Source: Candidatus Geocrenenecus huangii (GTDB lineage Archaea; Thermoproteota; Nitrososphaeria_A; Caldarchaeales; Wolframiiraptoraceae). Taken from it: a stretch of DNA of 24,000 bases. Under the pieces are notes generated by a model. That model saw only the letters and a program-made list of their open reading frames with translations, was not told where the DNA came from and made no database searches. Below are positions 1-8,277 of the stretch, one piece after another (position 1 is the first letter of the stretch; each line of letters starts with the position of its first letter). The position numbers were made by a program, and so were the translations under genes. The stretch covers positions 1 to 24,000 of the forward strand of contig JALNLM010000002.1 of assembly GCA_023254095.1 (NCBI GenBank), written 5' to 3'.

Positions 1-318
1 TCTAGGTTGAGAAGTTTTCTCAGATTCTTGAATATAGTTTAGAAGTTTTCATAGATTTAAAAAGGTCGACAAAATAGTAATACGACTTTATCATTTATTA
101 CCAGAAATAAGATAGAACCTAAACATCATCCACCGAACGTTAGAGAATTTTCAACATGAGAGAACATACCTATAAAGAAAAAGTCTTAGAGAAAGTGATT
201 TGAGGGCCGAATCACTTTGAGTTTTTAAATGATTTAATAATCCAAGAGTAGTTGTTAACGCAGACTTTAACAAAAAAGTAAAAGCAGGCTTTAACACTCT
301 GCAGAGAGAAGGAAAGTT

Positions 319-393
319 CGGGCCCGGGGGGACTCGAACCCCCGACCCCCGGCTTAGAAGGCCGATGCTCTATCCATGCTGAGCTACGGGCCC
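319..393 (-). tRNA. tRNA-Arg(TCT)
   Basis: Minus strand reads GGGCCCGTAGCTCAGCATGGATAGAGCATCGGCCTTCTAAGCCGGGGGTCGGGGGTTCGAGTCCCCCCGGGCCCG. The 7-bp acceptor stem GGGCCCG/CGGGCCC, D arm, anticodon arm TCGGC-CTTCTAA-GCCGG (anticodon TCT) and T arm GGGGG-TTCGAGT-CCCCC are all present. Confidence 0.95.
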
Positions 394-418
394 ACCCCAT
401 CAGTAAGCTGGCTATCTG

Positions 419-428
419 TATATTTTAG
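419..428 (-). promoter_or_regulatory. putative archaeal TATA box for tRNA-Arg
   Basis: The AT-rich element CTAAAATATA (minus strand) lies about 26-35 nt upstream of the tRNA 5' end, at the expected archaeal TATA spacing. Confidence 0.35.
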
Positions 429-907
429 TATTACATTTTCTTAGTATTCTGAGGCTTAAAAACGGATGTAACGTCGCCACACCAAAGAAATGCAGTGGGG
501 ATTATTTAGAGCTTAACTTGTCCTCATGAAGAAATGATGATACTCACTTTATCAATGATCCCGGAGCACTCTGATTTTTGGGTTCTTCATCTTCTTGGAA
601 CTTATCTCAATATTGTATAAGCTTAGAAGATTTCTCACGGGAAAAAGCTTGAACCTGATAGTCTTTTGTACCGTCCTTATCTACACATTTATTCATTATT
701 TTCATCCCTGGTCTCCAGCTTTTCGAATGTCTGTTCATGATTCTTCACCAGTCTCACTTATTTGCATCCTGGAGGAAAGGTTCTACCGCTCATTCGGCGA
801 TGAATGTCCGAAGTAGTAGCATATGAGAAGAACAATAACTTAACCAACACCTTCTTTCCGCTTATTATTCTTTATAATATCGGTGAGTGCTCTCCTCTAC
901 TCAGAGC

Positions 908-1485
908 TTACAGTTCGAGAAAGTTGAATATTCCTAACACGACCAGAATGATGCCGGAGAGGATGGAAGGAAGTTTTTATTTAAATTCTTTATCCAGTTA
1001 GCTGCGAACATCGAGAAATATACTACAATAATGTTTTCTAGAACCACAGCGACAATTATGCACAAAAATGGGATTTCCAAAAACGGATAACCAACTCCTA
1101 CAGCCTCTTCATCAAGACTTCCTAGGATGCTGGTGGACAATATTACCCAAGAAGACGAAACATTCTTCATCGATTTAGACTGTTCATCCTAAAAAGCTTC
1201 TTTAATAATCCATACCCCTACTCTGCAGAAAACAATTAAAACCACTTAATTACTAAAAGATGTGACCCATCCGTAAATTACTAATCCCACTAACCAGCCT
1301 AACGAAGACAGCAACACAGTTGATATGGAGAATGCAACCGCCATTTTACCTGCGTAGACGATTCGTTTTTAAGGGGTTTTGCTTGGCACTATCAGGCATA
1401 GAGCAAGACCAAAATCATCTATTGATAATCCTAATGCCAGCAAAATAAGAGTCAAATATCCATTAACGATGATACGTGGCCATTC
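908..1485 (-). pseudogene. degenerate MntP-like (manganese efflux pump / LysE-like) membrane protein pseudogene
   Basis: The minus strand reads in one frame: IIVNGYLTLILLALGLSIDDFGLALCLIVPSKTP*KRIVYAGKMAVAFSISTVLLSSLGWLVGLVIYGWVTSFSN*VVLIVFCRVGVWIIKEAF*DEQSKSMKNVSSSWVILSTSILGSLDEEAVGVGYPFLEIPFLCIIVAVVLENIIVVYFSMFAANWIKNLNKN. After a frame change it continues SILSGIILVVLGIFNFLEL*. The paired ALGLSIDDF...ALC and SILGSLDEEAVGVGYPFL repeats, the LGWLVG segment and the C-terminal G-I-I-L-V-V-L-G-I helix match the MntP layout from memory. In-frame stops are at 1369-1371, 1246-1248 and 1189-1191. Confidence 0.65.
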
Positions 1486-1612
1486 TTAACAAACAGATTC
1501 TAACGCAGAATGGCATATAGCCTTATGTCCAATTTTAGAGTTAATTGATGTTAACAATATGTAACCATGATATATGTGCGTTATCTATCTATTGTTCGAC
1601 AATGTTGTTACT

Positions 1613-2413
1613 TCAAGTTGGTTTTATTATGAATCGACAGTGGGGATCTCCTTTTGATATACATTCAGTTTCTTTAGTTTGGAATTGTTTATCGAATGCT
1701 TTAGTAAACAACCCTGTAAGGTATCCTCTGAAGAAGTGGCTCGTAGTTTTTCTCTCAGCATCCTTGAATGGTAAGCATTCGAATAACTCATATACAGTTA
1801 TCGATGCTTGGAGGCTTTCTTTATCAAATTCATCTATTATAGGTATCCCCCAGCCTTTCGGGATACGTTCAGCAAGCGCGATCTTAATGGCGGAGAAACC
1901 GTCTACCCTGTACTTCTTCACTAGGTTCTCTATCTTATTTAACCCTGCACTTAACCCCATCTCATATAGTAAGACTGGGGCGCCGGAACCGAACGCTCTA
2001 TACAGTCTCTTAAACATGTTTGCGAAGGTTTCCACTCTGAAGATTATGCTTCTCTCCTCGAGAACGATCAATGGAAATAGGAAAGTATCGATTATTACGC
2101 CATCCAAGGCTTCACGGGAAAACTTTACATCGAGAACTAGCTCAGCTTCTCTAAGACGCGAAGCGACATCTTCTTCTGAAAGCTCTTTCCCAGTTAAGTC
2201 CACGAAGAATATCCATAAACCTTCTTCTTCTCTGGGGCTTGCAAAATGATGCCCAGACAGAATATTCAAATTAAGTTCTGAGAGTACTCTCGAAACAGAT
2301 GCCAATGCTCCTGGAACATTCCTAAGCTTGACTAAGAATTCTGCCAGTTTTCTTCCGGGAGAGTATACGCCGAGGACTAAGTCTCTTTCGTAGAATCTTT
2401 CTAAGGACTTCAT
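1613..2413 (-). CDS. ACT-like domain plus V4R domain protein
   Basis: 266 aa. N-terminal LAEFLVKLRNVPGALASVSRVLSELNLNILSGHH is ACT-like. C-terminal ETECISKGDPHCRFII is the V4R signature. Confidence 0.75.
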   Translation of the reverse strand: MKSLERFYERDLVLGVYSPGRKLAEFLVKLRNVPGALASVSRVLSELNLNILSGHHFASPREEEGLWIFFVDLTGKELSEEDVASRLREAELVLDVKFSREALDGVIIDTFLFPLIVLEERSIIFRVETFANMFKRLYRAFGSGAPVLLYEMGLSAGLNKIENLVKKYRVDGFSAIKIALAERIPKGWGIPIIDEFDKESLQASITVYELFECLPFKDAERKTTSHFFRGYLTGLFTKAFDKQFQTKETECISKGDPHCRFIIKPT

Positions 2414-2478
2414 GATACAACTATGCCTAATAAGATCTTAAAAAATTTTTCTGATCCAGACTCATAACGAAAGAGGTG

Positions 2479-3624
2479 TTAATACGTTCCAGACAACTTC
2501 AAAGTTTCTATAATGTGTTGTAAGTTCTTTTTAATATCATCGGTGATCTTGTCAAAGTCTCTTGACTCAACAACTTCTATCCCATAAATTCTCGCCAGCT
2601 TTCTTGCATTCTCATTTAGCTCTGGTGTAACAGCTAAAATGGCCTTCTTCACTCCAACATCTATAATCTTAGCATATAGCGCCAACACCATCATCTCATC
2701 CACTGGCTCATCCGATAGAGAAATCTCTACGATGATGTCCGGGCTATCCGTATATCTTACACCCTTCCAGAAAGCAATCAAGAATTCGTGCTCGACTCCA
2801 CTCTTACCTTTAACGATAGCTGGAGAACGAACATGTAAACCCAGCTTTACTCCTTCAACTATAATAGGTCTCAAATCCATTGTCAATTGTTCTATCAAGC
2901 TTCTACTAGATGGATTTACTCTATACCTATAAATATTCTTCAGGATTAGTTCTTCTTCTTTGAAGATGTGATTATTCTCACAACTATACCTCCTATCTGG
3001 AAAAGGTAGGAGAGACCCGCAGTCTAGACATCTGTAAACATTTTTCTGTCTCTTATAATCTACACCTAATGCTTTTAGCGATTTTCTACACTTCGGGCAT
3101 GTTAGCTGGCCGTTTCTTTGGAAATCTTTTTCAAAACCCACATAACCACACGTTAGATGTTCGAGGACTTGACCCTTCTTCAGATTGAATGATCCGCATA
3201 CAGGACAGACAGAATGCATCGAAAGCCTATGTGAATTACATACCGGGCATGTTGCGATGTTGCCTGAAACTTCTTTCACAAGGATCTCAGACCTGCTTAA
3301 ATCTTCTAAGGCGGATTCAGCCGCCTGCGGGGATAATCCAGTATCCTTGAGTGCTGGGTATTTAATCCCCTCAGCGTGAGTAAACTCAGACTCTATAACA
3401 TCTAGGTTTTCATCTTTTATTTTGTGAAGTAGCTTCTGGATATAGGTTCTTCCAGCGTAGCCCTTTACTTCTTCAATAGATAGACTTTTAGAACTTTCAG
3501 ATAAAGTGAAAACATGCCCGCAATCCATGCACTCATATGTGCCTCTATACCCTACAACATTACTGCCTCTGCATTTTACGCACTTGATGACGTCAGCCGA
3601 CATCCCTCTTATTCTCCAGAGCAT
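2479..3624 (-). CDS. multi-zinc-ribbon protein with TackOD1-like Cys-rich domain and possible restriction-endonuclease-like C-terminus
   Basis: Zinc ribbon CVKCRGSNVVGYRGTYECMDCG, then a CPVC/CPVCG/TCGY/CPKCRKSL...YRCLDCGSLLPFP...CENNH array. The C-terminus DIIVEISLSDEPVDEMMVLALYAKIIDVGVKKAILAVTPELNENARKLARIYGIEVVES resembles the tail of Mrr-like domains. An alternative start is MSADVIK. Confidence 0.55.
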   Translation of the reverse strand: MLWRIRGMSADVIKCVKCRGSNVVGYRGTYECMDCGHVFTLSESSKSLSIEEVKGYAGRTYIQKLLHKIKDENLDVIESEFTHAEGIKYPALKDTGLSPQAAESALEDLSRSEILVKEVSGNIATCPVCNSHRLSMHSVCPVCGSFNLKKGQVLEHLTCGYVGFEKDFQRNGQLTCPKCRKSLKALGVDYKRQKNVYRCLDCGSLLPFPDRRYSCENNHIFKEEELILKNIYRYRVNPSSRSLIEQLTMDLRPIIVEGVKLGLHVRSPAIVKGKSGVEHEFLIAFWKGVRYTDSPDIIVEISLSDEPVDEMMVLALYAKIIDVGVKKAILAVTPELNENARKLARIYGIEVVESRDFDKITDDIKKNLQHIIETLKLSGTY

Positions 3625-3756
3625 CTTCTTTTTTGGCTAATTAATAAATAAACTTTTACGCTGGTCATACGGGATCTAAATATGCTTTACATCTTATTAC
3701 CGTCAATCATCAACTTAGATTCTTCCTTGACCTGTGAGCAGGTAAAAAGCCGTAAG

Positions 3757-4851
3757 TCATGTTTTCTCTTTAAGTATCTTTTCTAGGATCTTCAAGAATC
3801 TATCATTGTGTTCTGGGAGAGATATCGTTACCCTAAGATATCGTTGAACCCAATTAAGCTCTATATGTCTGATAACTATTCCTTTCTCCATGAGCTTTTT
3901 ATGAAGTGTTTTTGCGTCACCTTCTAGTAACTCGAATAAGATGAAGTTAGCCTTAGAGGGATAGGCATAGATTCTAGGCAGAGTAGAGAGCAGTTCTTTG
4001 ACTCTTTCTCTCTCCTTAACTATTTTTCTTACATTTCTAGAAACAGTCTCGTAATCTCTTAAAGCTATCTTGGCTAACTCGATCGATGCTAAGCTTAAGC
4101 TATTCGGAGGTCTAGTTTTATTCAGCATCTTGATTGTCCCCTTCGAAGCTACTATATACCCTACTCTCGCACCCGCTAAGCCAAAAGCTTTAGATAATGT
4201 TCTAACAATGATCAAGTTATCATAGGTTTCAGTTAACTCTATGAATGTTTCGCCACAGTACTCATAATAGGCTTCGTCCACAACAACAGCTACGTCTGAT
4301 GCTTTATCAAGAATATTCAAGACATCGTCGTAGGAGGTTGTGTTCCCAGTTGGATTATTCGGACTACACAAGAAAATCAACCGCGTCTTATCATTTATAG
4401 AAGAAAGGATACCTTCTACATTGTCTGCAAAGTTCTTCTTCCTGGGAATACTCACTACCCTTCCTCCCTGAAGCTCTACAGACACCCTGAAGTAATCATA
4501 TGTTGGAGAAGAGATTATTGCTTCATTACCACAATCTATTAACGCTTTGACGATAACATCAATCGCTTCATCCGCCCCGTTCGTAGGGATTATCTTCTCA
4601 GGCTTAACATTGGTGTACCGAGATATCTCTCCAACCAACTCTCTATAGGTAGTATCGGGGTATCGGTTAAACCTCAATTTAGAAATTCTTGATCCAAGAC
4701 TGTTCAACCATTTCTGGGGTAAGTAAGGAGAAGTATTCAAGTCCATTCTGATAATTTGGTCAGGCCTAAGACCGTATTCTTCTACAATCATCCAGTCAGG
4801 TGTCTCGAAGCCATATGGTTTAAAATAATTAAGTAATTCTCTCACACGCAT
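3757..4851 (-). CDS. hisC: histidinol-phosphate aminotransferase (class I/II PLP aminotransferase)
   Basis: LDLNTSPY start region, TNGADEAIDVIVKALIDCGNEAIISSPTYDYFRV, FLCSPNNPTGN, VVVDEAYYEYCG, RTLSKAFGLAGARVGYIVA (PLP lysine). Confidence 0.85.
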   Translation of the reverse strand: MRVRELLNYFKPYGFETPDWMIVEEYGLRPDQIIRMDLNTSPYLPQKWLNSLGSRISKLRFNRYPDTTYRELVGEISRYTNVKPEKIIPTNGADEAIDVIVKALIDCGNEAIISSPTYDYFRVSVELQGGRVVSIPRKKNFADNVEGILSSINDKTRLIFLCSPNNPTGNTTSYDDVLNILDKASDVAVVVDEAYYEYCGETFIELTETYDNLIIVRTLSKAFGLAGARVGYIVASKGTIKMLNKTRPPNSLSLASIELAKIALRDYETVSRNVRKIVKERERVKELLSTLPRIYAYPSKANFILFELLEGDAKTLHKKLMEKGIVIRHIELNWVQRYLRVTISLPEHNDRFLKILEKILKEKT

Positions 4852-4915
4852 AGATAGAAGAATGTAGAACCTATTGTTAATCTTTTTTGCCTACCTAGTA
4901 AACCGATACTATAAC

Positions 4916-5440
4916 ATGTGGGAGACAAAAGAAAGCAAGATAATCTATAATGGTAAAGTTGTAAAACTGAGAATAGACTATCTTGGAGATGGGGAGAACA
5001 AGGTCAGAGAAGTTATCCAGCATCCAGGAGCAGTCGCGATCCTACCATTAATCTCGGAAGATAAGGTAATCCTAGTTAATCAATACAGATATCCGATAGG
5101 TAGATGGATACTGGAAGTCCCCGCGGGAACATTGAAGGAAGGAGAATCTCCAGAAGAATGCGCTTTAAGAGAACTGGAAGAAGAGGTAGGCTACAAAGCT
5201 AGAAGATTAAAGAAGATGTTGACGATCTATCCTTCTCCAGGCTATTCTACTGAAGTGATCCACATATATCTTGCGTCTGGATTGGAGAAGTCTACTCAGA
5301 GGCTGGAGGAAGATGAACAGATAACAATAGTTGAATTGGGGTTAGATGAAGCGATAAAGGAATTGTCTAGGAATGGCGAAGTAGATGGGAAAACCTTTAT
5401 CACGCTACTCTACTACAAATACGTCTATCGAAGATCCTGA
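4916..5440 (+). CDS. Nudix hydrolase, ADP-ribose pyrophosphatase-like
   Basis: Complete Nudix box GTLKEGESPEECALRELEEEVGY and the ADPRase-like upstream VNQYRYPIGRWILEVPAG. The ORF opens at 4874, but the MWETKES start at 4916 is more plausible. Confidence 0.85.
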   Translation: MWETKESKIIYNGKVVKLRIDYLGDGENKVREVIQHPGAVAILPLISEDKVILVNQYRYPIGRWILEVPAGTLKEGESPEECALRELEEEVGYKARRLKKMLTIYPSPGYSTEVIHIYLASGLEKSTQRLEEDEQITIVELGLDEAIKELSRNGEVDGKTFITLLYYKYVYRRS

Positions 5441-6447
5441 ATTGGTGTAAAGTGTTGGTAGCCTCTTTTAGATAAACGTATATATTGGCTGCCCCACAGT
5501 ACTTCTATGACCCCCGGCTCATCTATCACGTAGCCGATCTCGATCAGTCTTCCACCAGCCTCTTCGATTTCTACGCGAGCTCTACTCCAAGATTCTCTAG
5601 GTATAGTTACAACTAGTTCATATTCCTCTCCACCATAAAATACTAAGTCCAATAAGTCCACCTCTACTTCTCTCGAATATTCTAATGCGAGAGGGTCGAT
5701 CGGTGGATTATTAATTCTAAAACCGACACTGCTCGCTTCAGAGATTAGGTGGAGAGATTCAGCTAAACCATCACTTGAATCTATCGAGGCAGAAGCATAC
5801 TCAGATAGTATACGTCCTTCTTTAACTCGTGCTATCGGGCGGGTCATCTTCTCGATAACCTTGCATGAAATAGGTTTCTTAACATTGTTTATCAATGCAT
5901 GGAGCCCTGCAGCTTCCACACCGAATAATCCTGTTACAGCAACTACGTCTCCAGGACTAGCACCGCTCCTCGAAACAATCTTCTTAGGCGCCTCCGCAAG
6001 ACAGATTACATCTATGATTACTTGGTCTCCAGCATTTGTATCCCCTCCAGCTACGACTCCACCATATAGTTCTACTGCTTCTAAGATCCCACTCCATAAT
6101 TCCTTGAAATGCTCTGTCTCCATCTCTGGGGGAAGTGCGAGAGATGTTAAGTACATGAGCGGTCTTCCTCCTTTAGAAGCAACGTCACTAGTTGTGCTTG
6201 TAATAGCTCTGTATCCAACGTCTCTCCACTTCATGCCTTCAGGTATATCTGTGTTCTGAACCATCATGTCAACCGAGACTAGGAGTCTACTTGAACAGGC
6301 AAGATCTATTGCGTCATCTCCTATGGGCAGAAATGTTTCTGGAAGCTTCTTTAGAGTGGAATTGATATAATTTACAATCCATTTCTCCCCAAGGTCTTTA
6401 AGCCTCATTGGTGAATCAACCTCGTGAGCATACTTCTCAAACACCAT
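5425..6447 (-). CDS. thiL: thiamine-monophosphate kinase
   Basis: LPIGDDAIDL, VSVDMMVQNTDIPEGMKWRDVGYRAITSTTSDVASKGGRP, GVVAGGDTNAGDQ, ASIDSSDGLAESL, FYGGEEYELV. The true start may be slightly downstream. Confidence 0.88.
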   Translation of the reverse strand: MVFEKYAHEVDSPMRLKDLGEKWIVNYINSTLKKLPETFLPIGDDAIDLACSSRLLVSVDMMVQNTDIPEGMKWRDVGYRAITSTTSDVASKGGRPLMYLTSLALPPEMETEHFKELWSGILEAVELYGGVVAGGDTNAGDQVIIDVICLAEAPKKIVSRSGASPGDVVAVTGLFGVEAAGLHALINNVKKPISCKVIEKMTRPIARVKEGRILSEYASASIDSSDGLAESLHLISEASSVGFRINNPPIDPLALEYSREVEVDLLDLVFYGGEEYELVVTIPRESWSRARVEIEEAGGRLIEIGYVIDEPGVIEVLWGSQYIRLSKRGYQHFTPIQDLR

Positions 6448-7145
6448 AAAGCGAAAGATATTATCTCCCCCCTCCCGAGCTTGGATCTTCCATGCATTCT
6501 AGGCTTGAAGATGAAGGGATACTCGCTTATCTTTGCCCCAGCTTTATGTAGAAAGTATAGTAATTCTACTTGGAAAACGTATCCAGAATGCAGTTTTGAA
6601 AGCTTATCCACCACTCGTTTCAAGATATCTAGCCTTATAATTCTATATCCAGATGTTAAATCTTTAACGTTGATGCCTGTAGATGCCCTGGCTAGAATGT
6701 TTGCACCCCTACTAATCATACTTCTAGTGAGGCTTCTCTCCCCCCATCTTCCTCCATGAATATATCTTGACGCGATTATCACATCGTATCCTCCTTTCTC
6801 GGCTAGAGAGACCATCTGTGGAAGAATCTCCGGGGGATGACTTCCATCAGCATCCATCTCGCAAACATACTTCGCCGTAACCATGTTGTCGAAAACATAC
6901 TTAAAGCCGTCAACATATGCTGACCCTAACCCGAGTTTTCCAGGTCTCTTCAAAACTCTAACCTTTCCAGTTTCTCTCCCCATTTGTTCTGCTACATCGG
7001 CCGTTCCATCGGGGCTTGAATCATCGACGACTAGTATGTATCCATCTATTCTGTTTTCTGCAAGTACCTGCAAGATGCTCGGTACTAACTTTCTAATGTT
7101 CTCAGCTTCGTTATATGTGGGCATAACGATTATAACCTCAGACAT
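6405..7145 (-). CDS. GT2 family glycosyltransferase, dolichyl-phosphate mannosyltransferase (DPM1)-like
   Basis: VIIVMPTYNEAENIRKLV, YILVVDDSSPDGTADVAEQMG, GSAYVDGFKYV, CEMDADGSHPPE, DLTSGYRIIR. Confidence 0.85.
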   Translation of the reverse strand: MSEVIIVMPTYNEAENIRKLVPSILQVLAENRIDGYILVVDDSSPDGTADVAEQMGRETGKVRVLKRPGKLGLGSAYVDGFKYVFDNMVTAKYVCEMDADGSHPPEILPQMVSLAEKGGYDVIIASRYIHGGRWGERSLTRSMISRGANILARASTGINVKDLTSGYRIIRLDILKRVVDKLSKLHSGYVFQVELLYFLHKAGAKISEYPFIFKPRMHGRSKLGRGEIISFALWCLRSMLTRLIHQ

Positions 7146-7282
7146 CCAATAGACAAGTCCAACAACTACAATAAAACTATCTCAACCATATATGGCTAAT
7201 CGATGCTGAAACGATATTAATGCCTGGCAGAGTTCCGGCTTGCTCTAAGCAATTGGGAGTCTTTATTCTAAGTTGGTAGATT

Positions 7283-7960
7283 CTAAAACGTTAGAAGTGA
7301 TGGTGCGTAATATATTGCAAGGGCTAGGACTGTGAATGATGTTAACGGGACCGTTATATTATCGTCAATTGGATGATACTCGAAGTGTTCTACTAGTGAT
7401 GCTAATGCACCTGCTATGACTCCTGCTATTCCAAGTATCGCTCCCATCGGTATGGATACCATGGCCATGGCCAGGTTCCCCCACCACGACTTCGTTCTCT
7501 TCTTGAATAGAGTATTTCTTACTAATCCTGTAACAGCATCACCTACCGACATAAATAATACTGGAAGTATACCTACCCAGTAATTGCCATTCGAGATCAC
7601 CCAGCCAACCGCTATTATCAACCCCCACATGATACAGAACGACACTTCATACATGTTCTTCTCAACTTGGAACCAGTACATCAACTTACCCGTCTTGTGA
7701 GGTATATACGTGAAGACTCCCAGCAAAAAAGCCATAACAAGTGGAAGGAGCGGAGTGGAGAAAACATACGGAATGATTACTGCTACAAGCCCCCCAGCTA
7801 GTATGTGGATGATCTTCCTATTATAGTAGACTGCAACATTCTCAGGAAGCCCTATCCCCCTCATGTATAGATATGTCTTCTTGGTCAGAAGAGTGACGAG
7901 GAAGACAACCCAAGCAAATAAGACCACAGTAACTCCTATCTCGAAAACGGATAACTGCAT
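7283..7960 (-). CDS. dolichol/phytol kinase-like CTP transferase family integral membrane protein (SEC59/DGK1/VTE5-like)
   Basis: Multiple TM segments, NRKIIHILAGGLVAVIIPYVF near the N-terminus, and FMSVGDAVTGLVRNTLFKKRTKSWWGNLAMAM, typical of SEC59/VTE5-like enzymes. Confidence 0.65.
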   Translation of the reverse strand: MQLSVFEIGVTVVLFAWVVFLVTLLTKKTYLYMRGIGLPENVAVYYNRKIIHILAGGLVAVIIPYVFSTPLLPLVMAFLLGVFTYIPHKTGKLMYWFQVEKNMYEVSFCIMWGLIIAVGWVISNGNYWVGILPVLFMSVGDAVTGLVRNTLFKKRTKSWWGNLAMAMVSIPMGAILGIAGVIAGALASLVEHFEYHPIDDNITVPLTSFTVLALAIYYAPSLLTF

Positions 7961-8119
7961 AGACAGTAAAAGCCATATGAGAAATAAAAATCTTCTTGAA
8001 ATAATTCAGGCAACCGTAGAATAAATAAAGCTCAGAAATGAGGCTATAGGAAAAACCATAATATACGAGAACAGATTAAAATCTATATCAAAGAAGAATA
8101 ATCAATATATCGTATGTGT

Positions 8120-8214
8120 GCCCCGGTAGCTCAGCGGGTAGAGCGGCGGCCTCGTATCAAAATTACAAAACTTGAGAAAGCCGCAGGTCGCGGGTTCAAA
8201 TCCCGCCCGGGGCT
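8120..8214 (+). tRNA. tRNA-Thr(CGT) with a 22-nt intron (8157-8178)
   Basis: Acceptor GCCCCGG/CCGGGGC, D arm GCTC-AGCGGGTA-GAGC, anticodon stem GCGGC/GCCGC and T arm GCGGG-TTCAAAT-CCCGC. Removing TCAAAATTACAAAACTTGAGAA gives the loop CT-CGT-AA. The precursor forms a BHB: GCGGC-CTCG-[TAT] opposite TGAG-[AAA]-GCCGC, with a 4-bp central helix and two 3-nt bulges. Confidence 0.93.
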
Positions 8215-8277
8215 CTACATTATTCTACATTTATGGCAAGTGTGAGTGGGTTGAAAAATAGAGTGAGGTTATGGGGG

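Noticed and set aside
212-400. Plus-strand ORF (62 aa)
   Set aside because: It runs antisense across tRNA-Arg. The GVGGSSPPGP-type peptide is a known artefact of translating tRNA DNA.
595-1001. Two short plus-strand ORFs (595-816, 804-1001)
   Set aside because: No recognisable domain, AT-rich region, and the second is antisense to the MntP-like pseudogene.
1545-2249. 234-aa plus-strand ORF
   Set aside because: Antisense to the ACT-V4R gene, with low-complexity Ser/Asn-rich composition typical of shadow ORFs.
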